In this document: piece by piece, positions 19,531-26,904 of the stretch | Layout: each line of letters opens with the position of its first letter | Position numbering within the stretch: position 1 is the first letter of the stretch | DNA from: Coriobacteriaceae bacterium | GTDB taxonomy: Bacteria; Actinomycetota; Coriobacteriia; Coriobacteriales; UMGS124 | Assembly (NCBI GenBank): GCA_019421015.1 | Contig: JAHZGC010000024.1 | Location: forward strand, 862 to 64,861 | Reading direction: 5' to 3' | DNA: 64,000 nucleotides | The notes under the pieces: model-generated | What the model was told of the DNA's origin: nothing | Seen by the model: only the letters and a program-made list of their open reading frames with translations | Database searches by the model: none | Position numbers and translations under genes: made by a program

Positions 19531-20168
19531 ATGAATCTTGGGATTGTGTTAGAGGTTTCACTCCTTAAGACTCTGCGCTTCAATCTGCACTACTTTGGTC
19601 TGAAGGGCCTGAGGCTCCCCGTGCTGATCTCACGCGGCACGAGGCTCCATACCCTTCGAGGGGGGTGTCGCTTGACTTCATCAAGCCGGCAAGTGTTCGT
19701 CTCGGATTCTCCAATGTCGGTACCTGCGACATGAGGTGCGAGCGGGCCGTGTGGCAGGTATCGGGGAGGGTGCCTCTCGGCAGAAACATTACTTTGGGGC
19801 AAGGCACTCGTATCAGCGTCGGCGACTCGGGTGAGCTAGTCATCGGTAATGATTTTTGCATCACGGCCCGTTCGTCCATCATCTGCCACAAAAAGGTCGA
19901 GATCGGCAAGGATGTCCTGCTCAGCTGGGACAATCTCGTCATGGACACCGACTTCCACCACATTGACGATTCGTCTATATCGGGTCCTATCCGTATCGGC
20001 GATCACGTCTGGATTGGCTGCCGCTGTCTGGTTCTCAAGAGTGCGTCCATTCCGGAAGGATCGGTACTCGCAGCCGGAGCCATGGTTACCAAGGAGCTGC
20101 CCGAAGTCAACGCTCTCTACGGGGGGGTCAACAAGAAGCTCAGAAGCGACATTTCCTGGTGTAAATAA
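19531..20168 (+). pseudogene. Left-handed beta-helix (hexapeptide-repeat) O-acetyltransferase, WcaF/Maa-like, disrupted by a -1 frameshift in a G6 run
   Basis: ORF 19531..19734 gives the family-typical N-terminus (LKTLRFNLHYFGLKGLRLPVLISRGTRLHTLRG). ORF 19665..20168 gives the rest (IGDHVWIGCRCLVLKSASIPEGSVLAAGAMV). The frames meet at GGGGGG 19660-19665, and one extra G would fuse them. Confidence 0.7.
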
Positions 20169-20367
20169 GCGGCCTTTTTGTAACAGGGTGTCAAAAGCCT
20201 ACGTACTTAGAAAAACAAATCGAGGGTACACTGCAAATAAAAGGCATCATTCTGACGGAGACCCCGGCATCTGCCCCTGTTCCTTCGCGTTCACTTGGCA
20301 ACTGTTGGGGCGATGAACTAGCTGATGCGGGGGGCAACTCATGTGCGAAAGACCTGCTCAGATAGGG

Positions 20368-21149
20368 TTAATATAAAATTTCGCAGTTTCTGTGGGTCGC
20401 TGTCATAATGGTGTTGGTTTTGCAATGGTTTGGACAACTCATCCCTGCCCCCAACCCCTCCGAAATGCAGTGCACCAGCTCGAACGCTCTCGTCAGCTGC
20501 GGGGCGTCGCCCTTCCTGCGAGCGAATCCGTGGCGCTGGTTTGGGTCGAGGGGCACCTTCGCCAGCGTCTCGCGGGGCAGCCCGATGCGCGGCTCCACGA
20601 GACCGATCCGCTCCTTGGCGTATGTCGGGATGACGCCAAACTGGTCGCAGGGTATCTGGCGGATTGCGATGACTTCTCCGTTGGATCCAAGTTAGCGCGC
20701 CGGGTTCGCTGAAAACTCCGGGGTGAAGGCGCGCATCGCAGCCAACGCGGTCAGGGAATCGTCGGTACCGGCCACTATCGAAGGCTCGTCCCGTTCTTCG
20801 TAATAGACCGACTCTGGGTGTTTGCTGACGATCGATTGGTGCTCCATTGGATTAAAGGTGCCGTCGAGAAGCCCGGGGATGAGGCCGATGCCCGCGTACT
20901 TGCCGGTCACGAACTCCAGGCAAAAGGGTTTCTACGCCTCGTTGGGCTGCGCTGACACGGCGGCTCCCGGTACATATGCTGCCAGAAGGGCCAGGGCGTG
21001 ATGCCGCCCAACATGGGAACGCGTAGTAGAACGGGTTCGAGCGGCTGGGGCTCCGGCAGCGCACGGTACTCCATGAGGGCGTTGTCGTAGCGCCCCGGGA
21101 TATCTGCTGCCATGTGGAGAAAGCGCCCTACCTCCTCGGTGGGCTCCAT
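20368..21149 (-). pseudogene. Multiply frameshifted remnant(s) of unidentified gene(s)
   Basis: Three consecutive minus-strand ORF pieces lie in different frames (20907..21149, 20692..20910, 20368..20598). They have protein-like composition but no intact reading frame. I could not assign a family. Confidence 0.3.
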
Positions 21150-21309
21150 CCTTTTGGATGTTCGAGAAATCAGGGAGAAGCCAACCTCGCCCTTAAGGTG
21201 ACTGCAGCGTCTGCGGGGTCAGCAGGAGCTTCTCCAGTGGTTTCTGGAAGCTGCCGCACTACGCGACTGTTACAAACGAGCGGGGCTATCGGTTATGCCG
21301 GGAGCGCAC

Positions 21310-22350
21310 AACCTGCCGTGCTGGCGTTTGCAACGCAGCGACCAACGCGGGGGCGCTGGTTGCAAGCTCGATGGGCTATATGACCGAGGAGGCGGCCCAG
21401 AACCTGGCCGATACCGAGGTCGAGGTTGTCGACTGGCTTACGGCCTCCGGCACGGTTTTCAACGGCGTGATGGCGGACGGGTTTGGCTACGGGTTGTACC
21501 ACTCCGAGGCCAACGTCTCTCTTGCCTACGGCGCAAACGTGCCCTACGAGACCGCGGCCCAGCAGCTCGTGTATGACCCCGTGACTACAGCAATCCACGA
21601 AAACTGCTGGACAAGGCGCGCGAGGGCGCGGTGTGCCAGGGCACATAAGCCCGAGCACAACGCAGTATCAGCAATTCCGTGGATTGCTATAGGGAGGTCC
21701 TGGGCGTGTGTGCGGTGAACGCCGCCGGCGAAGACGTGTATGCCAAGGTGACCAGGGGCGTGGTGCTGGCCACCGGCAACTTTGTGGCCAACAAGGAGCT
21801 CATGCACAATTTCATGCGGCCACGCGAGGTCGAGAACGTGCAGCTCAGCTCTTCCTACGACGAGGGCGACGCCCTGCTCATGGGCCTCGAGATCGGCGCG
21901 GCGACCCACAACCTCAACTCGTTCACGTTCGAGCTGACCGACATGGCGCTGAAAAAGGCGAGCGAGGAGGCGGGTGTCGGCTTTGACGTGGGGGCCACGT
22001 GCTCTTGCTCCGACTCGCCCATCTACGTGAACCAGAAGGCCTACCGGTTCATGAACGAGGGCCAGTTGCTCGACCACTTTAAGGGAACGCGCCCCTGGTT
22101 CGAGTACGGCAGCATCGCGGCCAGCGGCTACACCGGCTGGCCCAACCTGCCGTGCTACGTGGTCATCGATTCCAAGCTCGCCGACTCGTCGCCCATCAGC
22201 ACGACCTCGAGTTGCCGCATGTCGTGGGCCGGCGCGCAGGGGCTGCACTACTGGAGCCCAGACAACCAGGACGAGGTCGACCGCGGGTGGCTCGTGAAGG
22301 CCGATACCCTCGAGGAACTCGTGGCGACGCTTGCCAAGCAGGGTGGGCGC
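21310..22350 (+). pseudogene. Internal fragment of a FAD flavoprotein reductase paralog, truncated at both ends and split by a MITE
   Basis: Pieces 21371..21583 (...EVVDWLTASGTVFNG...QQLVYDPVT) and 21691..~22345 (REVLGVCAVNAAGEDVYAKVTRGVVLATGNF...WLVKADTLEELVATLAKQGG) match the middle of the intact paralogs. The FAD-binding N-terminus and the C-terminal ~120 aa are absent. Confidence 0.75.
21586..21691. mobile_element. GC-rich palindromic MITE, copy 1, inserted in the flavoprotein fragment (TA...TA flanks)
   Basis: It shares the core GCTGGACAAGGCGCGCGAGGGCGCGGTGTGC...GCACAT..GC.CGAGC.CAACGC.G.A.CAGC with copies at 40443 and 52627. The terminal inverted repeats are CAGCAATCCACGAAAACTGCTGG / CAGCAATTCCGTGGATTGCTA. 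It is flanked by TA on both sides. Confidence 0.85.
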
Positions 22351-22401
22351 GAGTGTCTAGTGCGTTTACGGGGGCAAAGAAATCTAACCCATCCTATCTC
22401 C

Positions 22402-23298
22402 TCACCCAAACACCTCCTTCGCGCACCGCGCGAACTCCCGCGCTGGGGCGCTGTCCTCTCGCCAGTACAGCCCCAGCTCCACCCGTCCCAGTTCGGGCAC
22501 CGTCGCGGTTGAGACGCCCTCGAACACCGGCTGGGCGAAGTCGGGCATTACGGCGGCCCCTATACCGGCCTTGATCATGGTGGCGCTCACCAGGGCCGAT
22601 CCGCTGTAGTAGACCGCGCATCCCGGGCAGCGGTGCAGGATCTGCATCTGGGCGTCGCGCATTTCGGGCGGGCAGCAGCTGTCTTCTAGGAAGATCAGCG
22701 ACTCTCCGGCCAGTTCGGCCAAGGATACCAAGGCCTTCTCCGCTAATCGGTTTCCGGGCATCACGCATACGAAGCCGCCGTCGGCGAGTTTGGTGAATGC
22801 CGTGCCTGCGGGTGCGTCGGCGCGCCGGGCGCTGAAGGCCGCGTCGAGGGAGCCCTGGGCAAAGGCCGACCACGTTTCGACCGCGCCGTCGTGGGCGATG
22901 TAGAGATGCACGTTGGGCATGCGCCTGGTAAAGCGCTCCAGGATCTTGTCGAGCCGCGAGATGGCGGCGAAGTTTCCGCATCCCACGCGCAGCGATCCCG
23001 TGAAGCGGGCGCCCTGGTCGCGGGCTCGGGCGATGGCTCCGTCGAGGCGCGAGAGGATGTCATCGCAGTCCGCGGCAAAGAGCGTTCCGGCGGCGGTGAG
23101 CTCCACGCGGCGCCCCGAGCGGTCCACCAGGCGCACGCCCATCTCGTCTTCGAGCCGGGCGATCTGCTGCGACACCGCCGGCTGGGTCACGTAGAGCGCC
23201 CGGGCGGTCTCGGCGAAGCTCAGGGTTTTGGCCAGGTGCGCGAAGGTCTCGAGCTGGTGCTTGTTCACGGGGGCTCCTTGGGGGGGATTGCGTTGCAT
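22402..23298 (-). CDS. LysR-family transcriptional regulator
   Basis: The N-terminal HTH is LETFAHLAKTLSFAETARALYVTQPAVSQQIARLEDEMGVRLVDR. The protein is 298 aa with a typical LysR substrate-binding domain length. Confidence 0.9.
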   Translation of the reverse strand: MQRNPPQGAPVNKHQLETFAHLAKTLSFAETARALYVTQPAVSQQIARLEDEMGVRLVDRSGRRVELTAAGTLFAADCDDILSRLDGAIARARDQGARFTGSLRVGCGNFAAISRLDKILERFTRRMPNVHLYIAHDGAVETWSAFAQGSLDAAFSARRADAPAGTAFTKLADGGFVCVMPGNRLAEKALVSLAELAGESLIFLEDSCCPPEMRDAQMQILHRCPGCAVYYSGSALVSATMIKAGIGAAVMPDFAQPVFEGVSTATVPELGRVELGLYWREDSAPAREFARCAKEVFG

Positions 23299-23317
23299 TC
23301 TGCTGGGGGTAGTTTAG

Positions 23318-23335
23318 GGTATTGGTTTAAATACC
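23318..23335. promoter_or_regulatory. Perfect palindrome GGTATT-N6-AATACC just upstream of the LysR start (candidate LysR T-N11-A autoregulatory box)
   Basis: It is read directly from the sequence, 20 nt upstream of LysR ATG 23298. The functional assignment is inference. Confidence 0.35.
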
Positions 23336-23424
23336 GTGCCCGGCGGCATAGTTCATGGGCGAGCTATGGCTTGTTATACTGCCTCTAATTGTACGGGAGT
23401 ATTGTTTTGCAGGAAGGAGGGTCC

Positions 23425-23766
23425 GTGGCCCTGCGTATTGGAATCGATCCCCGGCAGCTAGATGCCTCCAAAATCTCCAGCGCGATAAAGCCGGTCTTCG
23501 ATCGTTGGCCTGTTGCCAAGGCGTGGCTGTATGGTTCGGTGGCCCGTGGCGAGCAGACGGAATACAGCGATATCGACATAGCCTTCGTACCGCTTCCTAA
23601 CGCGCGCATTGGGTGGAATATCCTGCATCTTCAGTGTGAGCTTGAAGATGCTCTTGATACCGAAGTCGATATCCAAACGGCTCCCAACAGGCGCATGGCT
23701 AGCAAGAGGTTTCTCCGCGAGTTCGACCGTGACAAGGTGGTTGTGTATGAGCGCTCGGCAGAATGA
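23425..23766 (+). CDS. mntA: MntA-type minimal nucleotidyltransferase (antitoxin of HepT/MntA type VII TA system)
   Basis: The motif is LYGSVARGEQTEYSDIDIAFV (GSxxRG...DxD). I prefer GTG 23425, which follows SD AAGGAGGG, over the track's TTG 23389, which has no SD. Confidence 0.8.
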   Translation: MALRIGIDPRQLDASKISSAIKPVFDRWPVAKAWLYGSVARGEQTEYSDIDIAFVPLPNARIGWNILHLQCELEDALDTEVDIQTAPNRRMASKRFLREFDRDKVVVYERSAE

Positions 23767-24127
23767 CGACAGCAGGATCCAGGAGATTTGGGACAACATC
23801 AACCAGCTTGAGGAACGCATTGCGGCAAGCGAAATGACAGAAGAGCGGTTTATCCACCCGCAGAATCCTGTTGAAGAAACCATTGTTGAGGGTTTGACGT
23901 TTCAGCTGTACAGGATTCTTGAGGAAGCGGCCGCTCTAACAGATAGAACCAAGGGCACATTTTTTGATGCGCCGTGGGATGAGATGCGCGGAATGCGCAA
24001 CCGGTTGGCGCACGATTATCCGGGGACGAACTTCGAAGTTGTATGGGACGCGATTGCGAACAGCATGGATGAGCTCAGGCAGGTGTGTATCGCGTATGGT
24101 TCCATGCGCGGCATAGAGCTAGGCTAG
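23747..24127 (+). CDS. hepT: HepT-type HEPN (DUF86) RNase toxin
   Basis: The Rx4HxY HEPN motif is RNRLAHDY. Internal ATG 23747 overlaps the mntA end by 20 nt, the classic TA arrangement. GC is lower than the surroundings. Confidence 0.8.
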   Translation: MSARQNDDSRIQEIWDNINQLEERIAASEMTEERFIHPQNPVEETIVEGLTFQLYRILEEAAALTDRTKGTFFDAPWDEMRGMRNRLAHDYPGTNFEVVWDAIANSMDELRQVCIAYGSMRGIELG

Positions 24128-24265
24128 CCCCCCCCACTTATTAGTAAAACCTAATCGCCTATAAACCATTCGAATTATGTGTAGCCTCCGCGTGGGCGTA
24201 TATTTTTGGGCCATGGGAGGGCCGTAAGGGGCGGCCCTCGGCTTATCGACAAAGGAGACGCGCCC

Positions 24266-25966
24266 ATGCTCAATGCGCCCATGTCCCACGCACCCATCAC
24301 GCGCAGGAACCTCGTGACCGGCACCGCCGCCGCAGCGGCCGCCGGCGTCTTGGTCGCGGTCCTTCCGCCGCTGGCCCGCGCCGACGAGGCTACCCTTGCG
24401 CCTGCGGCCGATCCTACCGACGTCTGGGGCGACGCTCCGCGCGACCCGGCTGAGTTCGACATCGCCGAGGAGGTCTCGTGCGACGTGCTCGTGGTGGGTG
24501 CCGGCACCGCGGGCATGCCCTGCGCCATCGTGGCCGCCGAGGAGGGCCTGAGCGTCGTGGTGCTCGAGAAGACCCCCACGGGCTTTGGCATGCGCAACTA
24601 CATCGGCGCGGTGGGCTCGGCGCTCCAAGCCGAGAAGGGCGTCGAGATCGACAGGCGCGAGCTCGAGCGTGAGCTTCTCCGCTACTCCTCCTATCGCGCC
24701 AACGCCGCGCTGGTGCGCCAGTGGGCCGAGCGTAGCGGCGAGGCCGTGGACTGGTACTCGGCCATTCTGCAGGAGGCCGGCATGAAGCCGTGGCTCGAGG
24801 TCGACATCAACCCCGAGGGCACCACGCACTTTAAGGAGTACTCCACCTGCCACATGCACTACGACCCCGAGCGCAACGGTCTCACCGAGGGCGCCGTCAT
24901 GGCCGAGCGCATGGCGGCCGCGGGCTGCGACGTGCGCTTCTCGACCCCCATGGTGCAGCTGGTGCAGGAGGACGGCGTGGTGACCGGTGCCATCGCCGAG
25001 CTGCCCGAGGGCGGCTACCTCAAGGTGACGGCCTCGCGCGGCGTGGTGCTGGCCACCGGCGGCTATGCGGGCGACCTGGCCATGGTGCAGGCCCTGAACC
25101 CCAAGGACTACGCCGCCAACGTGATGCTCTACTGCTCGCCAGGCGCCACGGGTGACGGCGTGCGGGTCGCCCACCACGCCGGCGGCCAGATGGACCTGAC
25201 CCACACGGCCATGTACTTCGAGCGCGGGTGCACCATGCCGGGCTCCAAGGGCGGAGACCTCTCGACCCCCGGGCTCTGGTGGATGGGCTCGCAGCCGTTC
25301 CTGCAGGTCAACGCTAAGGGCGAGCGCTTTGCCAACGAGAGCCTGCCCTACGACTACGACCTGCACCAGGCCGCCTGTCAGCCCGGCACGGTCATGGTCC
25401 AGGTGTTCGACGCCAACTGGGTCGACGACGTCAAGGCCTTCCACACCGTTGGTTGCTCGCGCATCGTGGACGTAGCCGACATCCCCAACGGCTACGAGGC
25501 CGTGGCCTGGAGCTTCGACAAGATCAACGCCGCGAGCTTTGGCCCCGCCCTTGAGGCCGGGCAGCTGGTCCAGGCCGATACGATCGAGGAGCTGGCTACG
25601 GCCATGGGTATGGACCCGGCCGTGCTCTCCGCGACGGTCGAGCGCTACAACGAGCTCTGCGCCAAGGGCGACGACGAGGACTTTGGCAAGGAGCCTTGGC
25701 GTATGCGCCCCGTGGCCGAGCCGCCGTTCTACGCGGTGACCGTGGGCGGCCAGCTGCTCTGCACCATGGACGGCATGTGGATCGACACCCAGATGCGCGT
25801 GCTCGACGCCAACGGCGACCCGGTGCCCGGCCTGTATGCGATCGGCAACGACTCGGGCCGGTTCTTCTCGGACTGCTACCCCGAGCTCGTGGTGGGCGTG
25901 GCCGCCGGCCGCTCGCTGACCTTTGGGTACCTGCTGGGCAAGGCGCTGGCCGCTCAAGAGGCCTAA
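24266..25966 (+). CDS. Tat-exported FAD-dependent flavoprotein reductase (fumarate reductase/urocanate reductase-like), paralog 1
   Basis: The Tat signal is MLNAPMSHAPITRRNLVTGTAAAAAAGVLVAVLPPLARA. The FAD fold is CDVLVVGAGTAGMPCAIVAAEEGLSVVVLEK, with GVVLATGGY also present. SD AAGGAG precedes ATG 24266, which is internal to track ORF 24206. Confidence 0.88.
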   Translation: MLNAPMSHAPITRRNLVTGTAAAAAAGVLVAVLPPLARADEATLAPAADPTDVWGDAPRDPAEFDIAEEVSCDVLVVGAGTAGMPCAIVAAEEGLSVVVLEKTPTGFGMRNYIGAVGSALQAEKGVEIDRRELERELLRYSSYRANAALVRQWAERSGEAVDWYSAILQEAGMKPWLEVDINPEGTTHFKEYSTCHMHYDPERNGLTEGAVMAERMAAAGCDVRFSTPMVQLVQEDGVVTGAIAELPEGGYLKVTASRGVVLATGGYAGDLAMVQALNPKDYAANVMLYCSPGATGDGVRVAHHAGGQMDLTHTAMYFERGCTMPGSKGGDLSTPGLWWMGSQPFLQVNAKGERFANESLPYDYDLHQAACQPGTVMVQVFDANWVDDVKAFHTVGCSRIVDVADIPNGYEAVAWSFDKINAASFGPALEAGQLVQADTIEELATAMGMDPAVLSATVERYNELCAKGDDEDFGKEPWRMRPVAEPPFYAVTVGGQLLCTMDGMWIDTQMRVLDANGDPVPGLYAIGNDSGRFFSDCYPELVVGVAAGRSLTFGYLLGKALAAQEA

Positions 25967-26030
25967 CAGCGGGGGAGGAGCCGGCCGGTCTGCAGGTACG
26001 AGGCACGTGATGTAAGGGTGGTTTGGCGGC

Positions 26031-26063
26031 GGGGGCACCTTGCGGGGTGCCCCCGTTTTTGTT
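26031..26063 (+). terminator. Intrinsic terminator after flavoprotein paralog 1
   Basis: GGGGGCACC-ttgcgg-GGTGCCCCC is followed by GTTTTTGTT. Confidence 0.75.
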
Positions 26064-26137
26064 GGGCGATGGGCGGAGGGGGTGGGAGGCCGATCCATGG
26101 GGCCGAGGGTCTGGACCGAAGGTTGGGTTGGGCGCAG

Positions 26138-26320
26138 AATAAATCAATATAGAAGGTAAAATCTCGAAAACGATGGCTTTTGCATGACATGCTAAGAAAA
26201 ATGATACCATGGTTATGGAGATGAGCGAAGAAACGCCTGGATTGGTGTGAATGGTTGCAAACAATATATCATTGTATAAATAATAATCATGCATTTGCCA
26301 TAGATTTTATTGTTGATTGC
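26138..26320 (+). repeat. AT-rich TIR element, copy B
   Basis: It has the same three conserved blocks as copies A and C. The ends AATCAATATAGAAGGTAAAATCT and AGATTTTATTGTTGATT are inverted repeats. Confidence 0.85.
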
Positions 26321-26476
26321 ACGCAAGTAAACCACGGGTTCCGCCTGTGGAGCAACGGACGGTTCCACCGTCCTGTGCCCGTAACTGAAAAACCTCGCCC
26401 TGCCATATTGTCCGCGGCGAGCTGACCGCGGAAGGAAGGGAGAGGTCATGACGAACGAAATGACGTTCGGTATGAC

Positions 26477-26717
26477 ATTCAAACCCACGCTCCCCGCGAG
26501 GGGGAGCGACTCGAGCACGACGGCGCCGGACTCCTCCGGCGTGCAATTCAAACCCACGCTCCCCGCGAGGGGGAGCGACTCGTCCAGCTCGTAGGCCATG
26601 GGGTGGCCGTGGGATTCAAACCCACGCTCCCTGCGAGGGGGAGCGACCTGGATGAGTGGTTCAAGGCGGGGAAGGGTGAGGCCATTCAAACCCACGCTCC
26701 CCGCGAGGGGGAGCGAC
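26477..26717 (-). CRISPR. Orphan mini CRISPR array: 4 repeats of 34 nt, 3 spacers (35, 34, 36 nt); type I-C-like repeat
   Basis: Repeats lie at 26477-26510, 26546-26579, 26614-26647 (one C>T variant) and 26684-26717. The plus-strand sequence is ATTCAAACCCACGCTCCCCGCGAGGGGGAGCGAC. Its reverse complement GTCGCTCCCCCTCGCGGGGAGCGTGGGTTTGAAT follows the I-C pattern GTCGC..palindrome..GCGTGG.TTGAAx, hence the minus orientation. No cas genes occur anywhere in the window. Confidence 0.85.
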
Positions 26718-26904
26718 TGCGGTTCCACGCCTTGCGGCACCGCGGGCAAGAATCGAACAGCTTCTGATTATTATGGCCTCGGCCCGTCCCCGGTAATGCA
26801 AGCCTTCTGGAAGCAGATGGTGAACACCTGACGTATCCCGCGGGCCTTCACGCTCGAGGAGCCCAATGACGAGAGCCTCGAGATTACCTCTGGGAGCGAC
26901 TCGC

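Noticed and set aside
26448-26597. A small plus-strand ORF with a strong SD (AAGGAAGGGAGAGG-tc-ATG) reads MTNEMTFGMTFKPTLPARGSD... straight into the CRISPR repeats. The 178-aa minus ORF 26213..26749 also spans the array.
   Set aside because: The translated sequence is simply repeat and spacer DNA; the peptide FKPTLPARGSD recurs with each repeat. This is an artefact of the array, although the SD-like purine run is real sequence.
26337-26729. The GGTTCCRC(C) motif occurs on both sides of the CRISPR array (26337, 26364, 26722) and twice as an inverted pair in the FDH leader (3193, 3218). I considered it as a possible recombination or target-site signature.
   Set aside because: The matches are only 8-11 nt in GC-rich DNA, and the flanking sequence is not similar. 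This is too weak to distinguish from chance without genome-wide statistics.
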